A stretch of DNA of 63,815 nucleotides, counting the filler, from Cercozoa sp. M6MM (Eukaryota > Protista > Endomyxa: Ascetosporea), in assembly GCA_040357565.1 (NCBI GenBank). It is 11 parts of 11 records of this genome, joined end to end, with 100 filler letters (N's around TTAATTAATTAA, not from the genome) between each part and the next. Parts side by side here need not be neighbours in the genome. Positions count along the whole stretch, not along the records: positions 38,753 to 44,561 come from JBDODJ010000845.1; positions 44,662 to 49,830 come from JBDODJ010000958.1; positions 49,931 to 52,325 come from JBDODJ010001778.1; positions 52,426 to 58,520 come from JBDODJ010000790.1; 7 more parts are not named here. The stretch is one strand, 5' to 3'. The notes under the pieces are model-generated. The model was not told the origin of the DNA. It saw nothing but the letters and a program-made list of their open reading frames with translations, and searched no databases. Below are positions 44,045 through 57,908 of the stretch, piece by piece. Each line of letters begins with the position of its first letter. Position 1 is the first letter of the stretch. Made by a program: the position numbers and the translations under genes.

Positions 44045-44158
44045 GTTCAGTTGCTATTTTTGGAAGAACTGGATGACGTTCAGTTGCTATTTTTGGAAGA
44101 ACTGGATGATGTTCAGCTGCGATTTTAATGTTCAGTTGCTATTTTTGAAAGAACTGAA
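44045..44158. repeat. About 33-bp minisatellite, about 3.5 degenerate copies
   Basis: GTTCAGTTGCTATTTTTGGAAGAACTGGATGA repeated. Confidence 0.9.
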
Positions 44159-44224
44159 TCAAGCCAGCTTCGGGCATCGGTATCCTTAAGACAAGGATCG
44201 GAGGGACGGACGAAACCAGTGTCT

Positions 44225-44516
44225 CACCAGAAGGCGTAGCTGCTGCCGGGCAGACTTCCGGGAATGCGCGGAATCGTTGGAGCTAACATAAACATATGTA
44301 TATATATATATATAGTTTTTTTTTAAGAATATGTTGGACATATAGATGAATAAACCAGGAGGAAGAGGCGGTGCGACATTCGGCATACCGGCCGCCGTGT
44401 GTTGCTGTTGCTGTTGTTGTTGTTGTTGTGGCTGCATGTGCGGCACCGGCATGATGTCGCTGTCGAGAGCAGCACCTTGCCGCTGCTGCAACTCGTCGTC
44501 GCACTGCTGCACTCTG
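44225..44516 (-). CDS. 3' end of a polyQ/Pro-rich protein
   Basis: PHMQPQQQQQQQQQHTAAGMPNVAPPLPP exon, a (TA)n intron and a terminal exon. Truncated by a spacer. Confidence 0.4.
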
Positions 44517-44661
44517 CGCGACGGGGGGGGGGTAAACAGGGGGGTAAACGGGGGGGGGGGGNNNNNNNNNNNNNNNNNNNNNNNNNNNNNNNNNNNNNNN
44601 NNNNNTTAATTAATTAANNNNNNNNNNNNNNNNNNNNNNNNNNNNNNNNNNNNNNNNNNNN

Positions 44662-44918
44662 TCGACGTGGAGTCGCCGGGAACGACGACCCTTGCGGAGG
44701 TGCGCGAACAGATCGCCGAAGAACTCGAATTCGACTTCAACGATTTCATCTTCCTCAAGGGCGGTGTGTTCTTGTCTCTCTGTACTCCTTCCCTCCTTAC
44801 CCCCCCCCCCCATGCTGCCACAGGCTCGGTGCCCATCACGCGCAAGCAGGAGCCCAAGAAGAAACTGTCGCGCGTGCTGGCCGGCACGTCACGTCTCACG
44901 ATCCGACCGATCGCCTAG
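44662..44918 (+). CDS. 3' end of a protein with a ubiquitin-like-looking C-terminal domain
   Basis: TTLAEVREQIAEELEFDFNDFIFLKG/GSVPITRKQE..LTIRPIA*. Confidence 0.5.
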
Positions 44919-45153
44919 CTTTAGTGTTGTCGTGCCGACAGGTGTTCAATTACGTTAAAAAATCAGTAAAAACACAGGCAGTAATTTTCACTTTTTGCCT
45001 CAGCCAACGCAGCGTTAGACAGCAAACGAACAACTTAAACGACGCAAATTATAACGTTTTGTGCCATTGGTGAGTCGGAATTAGGCAGAGCTCGTACGGC
45101 GAAAATTGGGATCTTTCGCGTTGAGGGCGAAGCGCCGAAAAAATCAAGTAGTC

Positions 45154-45991
45154 ATGGGCCTGCACAGTATCTTGCGTGAGGTCAAAAGGAAGGTATCGCT
45201 GTGTCTGTCATTGCACTTTGAGTACACCCCACGTATCTTCACCAGGAGAAACAAATGCGTGTGCTGATACTGGGCCTCGACAATGCCGGCAAAACGACTG
45301 CAGGTACCTCCTAGTATGCCTTCGTTGCCTTTAAATAGTGTATCACTGTGCAGTGAAAAAGATATGCGGTGAGGACATTGAAAGCATCGAGCCAACCCTT
45401 GGTTTCAACATTAAAACCATTCAGCACGGAGAGGTATCTGTTTTTTGTTATTTTCGCCTTGCGTGCATCCTCACTCTGTGTGTGTGCAGAGACAACTGAA
45501 TGTGTGGGATGTGGGTGGCCAACAAACCATTCGTTCTTACTGGCGAAACTACTTTGAACAGACTGACGGAATTATCTGGGTATTATCGTGTGAAATTCAG
45601 TCGGTCCGTATTTATCATTTATGATGATAGGTGGTGGACTCGGCCGACAGGAGGCGGTTGGACCAGTGCAAGCAAGCCTTGGACGATTTGCTGCAAGAGG
45701 AGCGTCTCGTTGGTGCCACGCTGCTGGTGCTGTGCAACAAGCAGGATCTGGCCGGTGCACTGAGTGCTGCACAAATCACTCAGGTGCTTCAGCTGGATGA
45801 GCAGGTACGAAAGGCGCTTTGTCTCCTGTCCTCCTTCTCTCGAACACAGCATTGTATGGTTGCAGGATCGGCGGCACGTGCGCGTGCAAGAGTGCAGCGC
45901 CGTCACTGGCGCCGGACTCTCAGAAGCACTTGACTGGTTCGTTGACGACATTGCCTCGCGCCTTTTCTTTTTCGCTGATGACGATGATTAG
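45154..45991 (+). CDS. ARL2: ADP-ribosylation factor-like GTPase 2, 6 exons
   Basis: [95 protein letters not shown]. Confidence 0.93.
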
Positions 45992-46324
45992 ACGACCGGA
46001 TTGACATAGTAGAGTGTTACAGAGACTCAGATTATGCAGTCTCTGCGAGGGATGAACCAAACCGCGTCCTACTTGGCATCATGGGAGCAGTTTTCGATCC
46101 GTCTACTTTGACGCAAGAAGTAATTCTTCGCTTCTTGTATTCGATTTAGTTCTTTTCACTGACAAACGTCATTGACACCAGAGACGCGTTTGACAGCATA
46201 AATAAACATGAACAACTCAACTATAATTTTTCAGCTGGTGTGAGGTATCTCATTGCCAAAATCCAGGCCACAATTGTGGCCCCACAGAGCGGCAAGGAGA
46301 CATGAGACGTGCCATGGGACAGTA

Positions 46325-48023
46325 CTAGGGCGCCGTGGCGGTGCTGTAGCAGCCCGTGATGCCCGTGGCGACGCCAAAGAAGATGAGAGCAAGCGGGCCG
46401 AATTTGTCGAGTGCGCGTTTTTGCGGCACGAGCTTGAGGTACATCCAGGCCGGGATGACGTAGACAATGAGGGTGCCGAGCGTGGCGCCCTTGTAGGCCA
46501 GCACGATCTCGACCTTGGGGAAGGCGATGCCGACAATGGTGGTGATGGCCACCATGGCCACAGTGATGCCGTAGTGCCGCAGGTTCGACACCGGCGGCTT
46601 GAACATCAGCGAGTCCAAATTCTGCCGCAGCGAGTTAAACGGCAGCGGGAACGTGAAGATGATGCAGGCCGCCATGGCGACACGCGCGATGATGAACTGC
46701 AGCGCGTCGTTCGGGTAGTTCTTGAGGATATCGCCTTCGGTAGCGTGACCAAACTCGAGGTAGCCGGCCAGCGACACGGCCAGGTAGACCACGAAGCAGC
46801 CGCCTGCACGGGAGGGGGTAACAGGGGTAACAGGGGTAGGGGGGGACACGAACCGAACGACATAGCGACAGTCTTCATAAACTTGCGCGGCGACCGGTCG
46901 CGCATCTCGCCGTAGTAGCGAGCGCCGTTGTAGTGACACGTGTAACTCTGGGTTCGATGATCAATCAGGTGGTCACTCGGGTGATCGAACACGGGTGGGC
47001 AAGTGGTACCACATTCATCAGTGCAATGGCCGTGAAGAGGTTCTGCGTGACGCGGAACACGTGCACCTACACTCACGTATATATATATAATATACTCATA
47101 TATTAATTTTTTAAAATAATATGTACAGTGTCCGAGTTGCCGTCGCGCTGGGCGGACGAGATAATCACGAGGAACAAGGTGTACAGGATGGCGGCCACGC
47201 CGAGCACGGACGTGAAGCGCAGCGAGTGCAGCGACTTGAGCGAGGCCAGCGGCAGCACCACCAGCAGCACCGACAGGCCCACGACGAACCAGCGCTGCCG
47301 CAGCAGCGGACAGTCCTCCTGCAGCTCCTCGTCGCCGCACTCGATCCAGTTGGCCGACACGTCCAGCAGAAAGTTGCCGATCAGCACGGCGTAGGAGATG
47401 CACGTGCCACAAACCGTCAAGAACAAAATCAGGTTCACTAACCACTTGTTGCGCTTGCCCCAGCACTTGGTCCACAGACCGTGGAACGTGTACTCCTTGG
47501 CCGCATCGCAGCACCGGGCAATCAGGTACATGGCATACGCACCCTACAGCGTGCATTTTTAACTAAATAAACGGTATTTCTGGAGAAACGCCTACCAGAA
47601 CGCCGGTCACAATCATGAAGAAAATCGACGGAATAATACTGCCCTGTCGCATGCCCCTACCAGAGCACCACATGTGACTTAGATCAGCCCACAGGCTACA
47701 TACAAGCTACCAAGGCAGTGTGAGTAGGCCTGCACCCATCACGTTGTTCATCACATTCGTCATGGTCGCTTTCATGTCTGACTGGCCCAGGTCAATGCCT
47801 TCGGCCTGCATAATTTATTCCCTCCGCGCGGACCTGATATGCATGGTATCACTACCTTCATACGCTCAACAGTGTCCGGATCATCGCGATCATCGAGCAA
47901 GGCGCGCGACTCGTTCACGGTCGGCACATTCGCTGACACAGGAACAAACAAGGTCCCGCGCAACACAAATACGCACAAAAGAAAAAACTCACCCTCTGAG
48001 TGTAGCTCCTGGTAGAACGACAT
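46325..48023 (-). CDS. Amino-acid transporter, AAAP/SLC38 (Aa_trans) family
   Basis: NVMNNVMGAGLLTLP, LPLASLKSLHSLRFTS, GYLEFGHATEGDILKNY, FPLPFNSLR, GATLGTLIVYVIPA. Confidence 0.9.
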
Positions 48024-48171
48024 AGGAGCGAGTACACACTACTAAGCGCACCTGCTCGCGCTTGTCAGCGACGCCGGAAACGCGGATGCAGCGCACAGCG
48101 CTGTATCTCAAAATGATCGCCTTTTGGCACTGATTTAAGTCGAAAAAGGAAAATCCACTTCTGTGCCGTCA

Positions 48172-49830
48172 CTAACAACACGCTGCACCGCAATACTCAA
48201 CACGGACGGTACCATCCAATTGAGTTCCCGTTGAAGGCGGATACGACAGAGTCGAACCACCGACAATCGCGCCGCCACCGCCGAAACTTCCGCCACCACC
48301 GGCACCTTGGCCGCCCATGCCGGCAGCAATAACGTCTCCGGCATCACCCCCGGAATATCCTGCTGCGCCTCCGCCATTGCCGAAGTCGTCGCCTGCCACT
48401 TGTGTGTCGTCACAGCTTCCGCCGCCTGTGTTAAATTTACACACAAAGACAGTGGGCACGAGTATTGGTGCAACAGTAAGTTTAAGTTGACTGGTGTCAT
48501 TACCACCAAAACCACCATTGGCAACACCCGTTTTGCCAAAAAAAGACGCCGTCAATGACGTGTAACCTTTGCCTAATGACCGAGCGAGCAGCTAAGACAA
48601 AAACTCAGGAACGCCAGGGAAAATACTGTACCTCCTGTGGCAGCCGAAGTGCTTGAGTCGACACCGTCAGTTTTTACTGTTCCGCCGCCTTTCGAGGTAC
48701 ACGTCATTTCTTGACCCAAGGTCCCCAGGCCCGTACTCACCGTTCTGCAGCACCAACAATATCACACAAGACCAATTCGGATGCAGAACATACGATGCGT
48801 TGCAGCCGTCTCCACCATTAGCCGAAGTTTGATCGCCTTCTCCACCACTGGCAAAAACAGTAAAATTAAGAGTGTCCACGTGCCCCTTCTCCAACACGGT
48901 ATTATCAAAACGTCAGATTCCTCACCCTGCTCCGGCTACTAAAAGCACCTCCTCGCTCGAGTCATCCAAGAATCCGCTTGGACCGGGCAGCAGCGCCATG
49001 CTTGCACCTCCTAAACGATGACATTCGTGCAATAACCCTTATTATAAGTACTGTACCTCCTGCGCCACAGTTTTCAACGCTCTCGCCCTGCTGTCCCGCC
49101 ACAATGATCAGTTCGTCGTTTTCGGACAACGAGTAGCATGCAAAGGCTTCCGCCCCAAAGCCCATCGTGGTTTGGGGAACAAGGTCGGTATCGGTGCCAC
49201 CCTGTTTAAAAAAAGAGATCGACAAACTCCACTGTGTACACGGATACGTACCGCAGCACCGACAGCAGTGATCTTGAAGAACCCGGTCACCGGGAGTGAA
49301 AGATGCTGTGCGCCCATGTAGGGACCGCTGTCACTCACACGGAGACGCGAGGAGAACCCGGTTGCAGCATAGGCGGCAGCACAGTTGGTACTGAAGGGAC
49401 CTGTGGCTCCGGATGCTCCGCATGGATCAAACAGGATGTTGAGAGGTCGGCATATTCCTGCGTCATTGCACACCAAGCCATCCTGACACTGCTTGCTGGC
49501 CTCACAAGCTCCGTCTTGCGGAATCACGCAGGTGCCACTATCGCACACGGTCAGGCGCGTGGGGTCCGTGCTGCCGGCGCAGTCGTTGTCTCCAGTGCAC
49601 CCGGTGGCACCTGCCGGCAGTGCGCAACCCGTGCCTCCGCCTTCCAACGTTTGACACTCGTGCCCCGGCATGCACACGGGAGCAGGACTAGCAGCACAGG
49701 CTCCTGCACCCAGATCGGCCAGTGGCACAGCCAGACAGGTGCCTGCCACCGAGAGGTCCTTTGGGTAGCCACTTGGTGTAGGTGTGTACTGCAGTGCCGG
49801 TAGCACGCACTGGTAGTTGGTCATGCACTC
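48172..49830 (-). CDS. Cys-rich protein ending in an ALK/LTK-type glycine-rich domain, 5' partial
   Basis: LFDPCGASGATGP..CAAAY..GPYMGAQHLSLPVTGFFKITAVGAA/GG..LSENDELIIVAGQQG..GGGGAS..LLVAGAG, GGFGG, GGAAGYSGG, GGGGSF, DGTVRVEYC. Confidence 0.8.
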
Positions 49831-49930
49831 NNNNNNNNNNNNNNNNNNNNNNNNNNNNNNNNNNNNNNNNNNNNTTAATTAATTAANNNNNNNNNNNNNN
49901 NNNNNNNNNNNNNNNNNNNNNNNNNNNNNN

Positions 49931-49978
<48 letters not shown>

Positions 49979-50009
49979 CAGATACTTACTGCCTGTGCTA
50001 CCGTGGACA

Positions 50010-51355
50010 GAGGTCTGAGTCGCCAGAGTACGCGAGCTACGACGACGACGGTGATGATGAGGACTTTGAGATCGAGTCTGCCACAGTGAGGTACCCTGCT
50101 TGGGCAAGACAACAACTGGTGGATGCACGCGCATTGACATGCACAGGAAGAAACGTCGACGTCGGCAGGAACAGGAGCGAAAACGGAAGGCGCGTACACT
50201 CGCCAAGGAGGTCCCTTTTTGAGCTCGGTAATCTCTATCAGTTGCATCCTCGTCTATTTAACACAGGAAGAGAAACGCAAGAAACAGCTGGAAAAGGAGC
50301 AGGAACAGCTGGCCGAACAGCGACACATGGAAGCACTCACGCAGGTATACCAAAGCAGAAGGGTCGGTTGTGCTGACTTGTGTCTATATCTCTTTCGCCG
50401 AGCAGGTGCGCAAGGCACTGCGTGCCCAGGAGCAGCAGCATTTGTACGCGCGACGACGCCGCTTCGTGCGTCGCAACTGGAGCTGCTTCGCTGCCTTTGT
50501 GCCGGTACACACATGCATGCCTGTATACTTGCACACTGTACACGCGGTTGGTAGCGTCACCTGCGTCGCTCAGTCTTCCTGCGCAATGGTACACACTGCT
50601 AGTGGCACCATGTCCGTGTGTGCACATGTGTATTTGTGTGTGTTTGTGTGTGTGTGTGTGCGTGTGTGTGCGAGTGTGCGACTCAATTCAAATGATACTG
50701 CTTGCAGCCGCGTCGGACGCGCAGATGCTGCAGGAGGAAGTGCACACCTGCAACGACGAAACTCGGCAGCACAACCAAGAGCCACACAGCCAGGAGTCTC
50801 CAAAGGACAGTTCGCAGCAGCAGCAGCAGCAGGAGATGCGAGACGACGATGACGACGAAACGGAGGAGGCCGTGCCAGAGATTGCATCACCGGTGCGAGT
50901 GCTGAGCGACGACGATGTCCAAGGTACTGACATCCCCCCGCTACCCATGTCCTTGAGTAAACCTTTGTTTCGCACCCTGCAGGAGTGCGCAATCTGCAGA
51001 GTGCACGTCGCTTTCTAGACACAGTGCGCGATGTCAATCGGCAGCATGACACACACCTGCTGCACAACCTGCATCTCACTGACGAGGGTACCTCCACTCC
51101 TGCTCCTTCTACTTCTGCTACTCAATGAGACTGTCCCTGCAGACGAGAACGAAGGCGCGAATCCCGACGTGAACGACAACGACGAGGACGAGGAGGTCGG
51201 CGGCTGTGCCGTGCTGTGCGGCCAGCTCAGTCAACTGGTAGACCCTCTGTGTGTGTATCTGTGTGTCTGTGTGTATGTTATGACCAAACTGACTGAGAAT
51301 GGCTTGCGTGCTACAGCGCGACTACCAGCGCCGAGGCGTCGCGTTTGTGCTTTCG

Positions 51356-51409
<54 letters not shown>

Positions 51410-51419
51410 NNNNNNNNNN

Positions 51420-51468
<49 letters not shown>

Positions 51469-52270
51469 ATACACACACACATACACACACACACACACTT
51501 ACATCCATCTGTGTGTGTGTGTGCAGATCCTGCAACGACTTCTGTGCGGCGTCGGTGCCATCGTAGGCTTGTTTCAACCTCTGTGAGCGCGATTGCCTTT
51601 GTTTGTACTCCTGTGTGACTGTGCAGTTGGGTGACGAGATGGGGCTCGGCAAGACTGCGCAAGCCATGTACCACTGGCCCTGTCTGGATATGCATGTGCA
51701 TATATATGTGTATGTGTGTATGTGGATACGCAGTGCCGTACTGCACGCACTGCGTCTGCACCGTGAGTCGGCTGGAGGTACTACCCCCTAAACCCTCTCA
51801 CCAGCGACTCAAGGGGATACTTCACTTTTCTAAAGGTGCCCCGTCACTCGTTGTCTGTCCCCTGTCTGTGCTGGACAACTGGTAGCACTTGTACCTATGC
51901 ATGCTTATGCGTGTGTATGTGTGTGTATGGTATGTGTGTGTATGTAGATGTGTTTATATGTGGATGTGAATATGGCACAGGATGAACGAGCTCAAGATGT
52001 GGTGTCCCTCGCTGCGTGCCGTGCGACTGCACGGACCCGAGAAGCAGCGCGAGGTTATTCGCAAGCAGCAGCTGCGCCTCGGCAACTTCGATGTGCTCGT
52101 GACGACATTCGAGACACTCGTGCCGTGCGCTGCCTGGCTGGCCGTACCTCCTGCTACCCCTCCCACTCATACCTACCTTATCTATATACATAATGTGTGT
52201 GTTTTAAGTCGGCATGTATGTGTGTGTGCAGCACTCGTTCGCCTGGCGTGCCGTCGTTGTAGACGAAGCG
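50010..52270 (+). CDS. SNF2-family ATPase, fragment (N-terminal lobe)
   Basis: RDYQRRG, LGDEMGLGKTAQ, PSLVVCPLSVLDNW/MNELKMWCPSL, FDVLVTTFE, WRAVVVDEA. Confidence 0.88.
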
Positions 52271-52279
52271 GTATCCCTT

Positions 52280-52325
<46 letters not shown>

Positions 52326-52425
52326 NNNNNNNNNNNNNNNNNNNNNNNNNNNNNNNNNNNNNNNNNNNNTTAATTAATTAANNNNNNNNNNNNNNNNNNN
52401 NNNNNNNNNNNNNNNNNNNNNNNNN

Positions 52426-52933
52426 ATCGACTACCCAAAGTTCACGGAGTTGGCGACGCGTTTCTACGAGACAGGCGAGTCGTTCGAAGCGACGGACTAC
52501 TGTGCGCGCACTCCGGACTGGGCGCTCTACGGCTCCGAACTGGCCGGCTTCAATCCCTCCGAGCAGCGCTGGAAACGCAAGCAGAAGCCTGCCAATGCCG
52601 AGGTGTGTTGTGTCCCTACCCCTTCCTACCTCCTACCCTACCCCTTCCTACCTCCTACCCTACCCCTTACCCTCCTCCCCGCGCAGCGCGAGAAACGCAT
52701 CAAGGCCGAGGCCAAGGAGAATTCCGATCGCGATCTCGAGCAGTGGCAGGCGGCGCAGTCGGTACTTGCCCCCCCCCCTTCCCGGGGACCCTTGGCTTGA
52801 CCCCCGGTGTGTCTGGTGACAGAACCCGTCGGCAGTGTACGAGGCGGCCAAGCGCGAGCTGCAGCAGCGACCCGAGCAGCTGCGCGTGCAGGCGCTGCGT
52901 CGTGCCGGCAAGACCATCGAACTCGAGTGGTGA
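52426..52933 (+). CDS. 3' end of a hypothetical protein
   Basis: Three GT-AG-joined, GC3-rich exons ending ..QALRRAGKTIELEW*. Confidence 0.55.
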
Positions 52934-53037
52934 TCCCTCACGGCTCCGGCCCTCTCGGCTCCGGGCCCTTTCGGCTCCGGCTGGTCGGAATAAGGTCGGC
53001 TGCGAATGATCGGAGCTTCAGCATCGTATTAGTTTGT

Positions 53038-53323
53038 TGTTACTGCGGCTCAATGGTCCGGTCAGGACGGGAAAGGAGATGCGAAATAAAATACTGACTC
53101 GGTGGGTTGCTGTTGCAGTAGATCTTGCCTGGACAGAGGGAAGTCCTTGCAGAGAAGCTGAAAGCTCCGTCAAGGCTTCAGCTTAGGTCAGTTATCTCAT
53201 TGGCTGTTTTCCATTCCACTCGACTCATTTCGTCGGGTGTTCACAGGCGGAGTTTTCGATAAACGATTTAGCACGACCAAGCACGTTTTCCTTCGGTCGA
53301 GGTCGAGATCCAGTGGGATCACC
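53038..53323. mobile_element. Second, diverged copy of the TGTTACTGC-ended element
   Basis: Starts TGTTACTGCGGCTCAAT (identical to 43724). 53199-53323 is a reverse-complement match to 43823-43955. Confidence 0.55.
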
Positions 53324-53505
53324 ATTTCTCATCCTTACAACTTTTGTAAGCGCACAGCAGACATGAACCAAAGAAACACTCTGCCAAGAAACGCTCAGAG
53401 TGGTCGGCCGTCGACTCTGATCGATCAAGATCAAAATGCCAGACTTGGGGTACCAAGGCAATATTACGGGTGCTGTGCTGTGTGCCCGTCGTGTAACCTA
53501 CTTAG

Positions 53506-55607
53506 ATGACACGACATGCGCTAAAGCACGAGCTGCGCGCTTTTGTGTCAGACTGGGGCGCCAAAGAGACGACACTTGCTGCCTCGCTACTGCGGGAGAG
53601 TGGCTCTGCTGGCGATGAGAACCTGCAAAAACTGTTGCTCGAGCAGGCAGAGCGACTGCTCGAACCAGAACTGAGAGCTTTCGTGAACAGGCACGCTGAA
53701 ACTCTTCGACTTCACGGCGACCTTCTGCTCGAGTATTCGGCTGTGGGAGATGGTGCATTGGCGTTTCTCAAAATCTCGAGTGCTGGGAGTGAGTACCATG
53801 TAGGACGCTCGAGGCGGATCGCGCATGCGCTGGCGGTGAAAATCCCCGACTTCCCGCGTGTCGTGCAACTGATCCTTCTAGATCAGCAACGGCGTTGCTG
53901 GTTCGCCTCGGCCCGACGCGTTTACTCCGTTTTTAAGTTCTCGGATGGTGCCAGCTCCGTGCCTGTAGAATATAGCCGCAGATCTCGTAATTGCTTCCTC
54001 TTTCGTGAGCAGCGTGGTCTTCCCGGAATCCGCAAGAACCGTTCACACGCTCGTGGCTCAGTGCGTCACCCGATACACGTGCCTTCTTGCTGCTCCTGCT
54101 GGGAGGACAGGAGGTGTACATGTCCCACTGCGCGCAGCGGCTGCTGTGCTCGCTGAGCGAACGGTTCTGGTCGCAGCTGATGTTTCCGCAGCAGTGGTAC
54201 CACGTTGCACTGTGGGCCGACATGGTGCGCGACGCGGAGTTCTTCCCCATGCTGTCCTTCATCGACCGGACCAGTGAGTACGACGCGATTTTCCTGCAGC
54301 CCGCATCGCTGTCGCCGCTTCGAGAGTCACAGCGCAACGCTGCCTTGTCGCTTTTCACACGCTTCAGATTTCTTCCCGACCCCCGCGAAGACGAACGACA
54401 GCAAGTGACCCGTTTGGTAATTTACATTTTCAAGTAGTCTTCACAGTTTTCTTGTTCGGCTGAGCATGTGAATGTGCATGCCGAATTCTGCAGTTGTACA
54501 AACTGCTCGGTGTGAAGATCTCCGACGGTGTGGCGCATTTGATGCACTCTCCCGCCAATGCTGATCGGCAGGCACTGCGGCTGCTGTTCGGAGAGCTTGG
54601 AAACAGACTCACCGACGAACTGGCCGAGATGTCGATGCACTTTGTGCAAGCACTCGTGCTGTACCTTCAAGAACACAAGGAGATACTGTCACCGGTCCAA
54701 GAGGAGCACATCTATTGTGTGCTGGATTCCGTTTTTCAATCCTGCCGTGATTATTTTAAAAGTCTCGCGCTTTTCGTCGATGACTCGGTCCTCTCTTTGT
54801 TGCCACTGTATTGATTCGTGTTGTGTGATGAAAATTTGTCGCAGGTGAGAGTCTGCTCGTTAAAACAAAGGGAGCTGAGCTACAACTTGTCGCAAGTGTG
54901 GCCACTCGCAACTGACTTGTCCTTGCGCACAGGTTGCTTCTACTGGCTCTCTCATCTCTATGAAGCAGTGCTGCTGGCCACCGCACGGGCGGCGAAGTCT
55001 GGCTCTCTGCAAGTAGGTTTTCTGATTGCTTTAGTTTGTTCCAGATTTTACACTGTGCTTCGATGAACGAGCAGGAGCACCGACTGCCAATGTTGAGACA
55101 CTGGTGTCGCAAGTGCAGCGATTTCTTCGCCTTCATGGGCATCTCGCAAGCGCCGAGAATGCTGGGCTGTACCTTGTTCCATCTCCGCCCAGTTTTCTTT
55201 CATTGCTGCAGGATTCATATTTCGTGTCCTTTTTAGTACTTTATCAGCTTGAGGAAGCTGAAGGCAAGTTTCCGCTGTTTGAGCGCGCTGCGGCTGAGCT
55301 GCCAATGCGCGACACCGTCGTGCATGTGGCAACCTTGCTGTCATTCGTGCGTCGGCGTGCCCATCAGGCGAAACGTGCACTCGATGCGGCGGAGGCATTT
55401 GAGGAGGACGACGTGGAAACTGAGGCAAAGCTGCCGAGACCTGACAAGCTTTGGCAGCAGGAGCTCGAGGCGCATCGAAAGGACCTGTTCGCGCCGGTGT
55501 CGCTGCTGCTGGTGCCCTACCTGTGCGGCGACGTGCGCGCCATGGTGCGCGACTATCTGCTCGACCCTGCGCTGCCTGGCCAGTTGACCTTCGATCTTCC
55601 GCTGTGA
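53506..55607 (+). CDS. Hypothetical Leu-rich helical protein
   Basis: Chain of ORFs at 53506, 54087, 54494 and 55104 separated by short GT-AG introns. No family recognised. Confidence 0.55.
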
Positions 55608-56230
55608 GTAGCTGACGTGTGCTGATGAACATCGCCTCCTTCCTTTTCTTTTGTCCTTGGAGGAAAATGGCCAAGCGTCAGTTTGAGAAAGTTACCCCAA
55701 CGGTTCAGTTCGGCGGCAAAGCACTGGTGGACGCTGTATGGGCATGCATGTATGTATGTCTATGTACTGGTGTTTTTCTTTGGATAAATCCAAAAAAGCA
55801 CCAACAATCACGGTGTAGGTGGTAGAGTGCTCTTCAGCACGATTCACTGAGCTACCCCTATCCCTTACGGCGCCTTCAAAATAGACAGCACACGTTCGCG
55901 ATGCGTCGAAGAGCGAGTTTTGCTGCTCTCGGGCGACAGACCGACGTTGGGCGACGACAAAATATCGGAAAGTGCGAAAGATACCGTTGTGAGAGGCCAT
56001 TAACTGACCAGCAGTGGGCAACTTCACTCAGCACATCGACATACAGTAGACAAACATAACTTTAAGGATGCGTTTAAAAAAACAGTCTGTTCATCCGGCC
56101 AAATGGACCGAGCAACAGAGAAAGCCGTTCGCCCGGAAGCTTCGAGCAAAGCCAACACAAAAAGTGCTCCGAATCCGCAAGACAAACAAGGACGCTTTCA
56201 ACGCGTAGTTAGATACCCCAATAACGCCCA

Positions 56231-57229
<999 letters not shown>

Positions 57230-57908
57230 TGAAGTGAAACGAAAACTGAAGCAGCTTTTTATCCGTGTGTCGTGTCGCGTCGTATCGTTAGTAGTAAACA
57301 TGCATTGTTCTCAGTTCCTCTGCTCCGTCCGTCCTGTCAAGTTGCGTGACTTCAGTTGATTTCTCGGGCACTGCCATTTACCCAGCTAAGAGCAAGTAAG
57401 TGGTCAATAAGAAGAAGCGAGGAAAGTGCAAGAGTTACCCCGCACGCGAAGACCTTGGTGCATTCTGCTGGGTGTTGAACAGCTTGGTTTTTAGGGCTGA
57501 ACAGTACGTCTTCGATTGTGCGCCATCGGGTCGCATTAGGGCAGGACTGTGTTCTTTACCTAACTGCAATTCTCCCTGTGTGAACCTCGCAGTTGGTTGG
57601 GCAGGCTGGTACCGTACATGCCTCGAATTAGAGGGAAAGCACTTGCGCTCGGCAACGAAAACACCAACACTCCAAAATCCTAACATGAACGACTCCCAGG
57701 GGCTTTAATCGTCTCACGATTTCCTCGTGACAGAAGATTCCCTACAACTGTCTGGTTTAAATTTGACGGAAGAACCGAACCCAGTTGGGTAATTCTTAGG
57801 CTTCTTGACTCACCCCAGACTGGCGCAGGGGAACTACATAGTTGGTTTCCTAGAAGACTCAACTAACAAACTACTGACTCAATACCGTACTTCATTCGCC
57901 ATTTTCCA

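Noticed and set aside
44045-44158. CRISPR-like array
   Set aside because: Head-to-tail repeats without unique spacers, eukaryotic context and no cas genes.
52941-52981. CGGCTCCGG(G)CCCT repeated three times
   Set aside because: Short 3'-UTR tandem slippage with no further support.
53301-53324. GGTCGAGATCCAGTGGGATCACCA resembling a tRNA 3' end or retroelement PBS
   Set aside because: No cloverleaf or proper T-stem, and no LTR end (..CA) adjacent to the complementary TGG.
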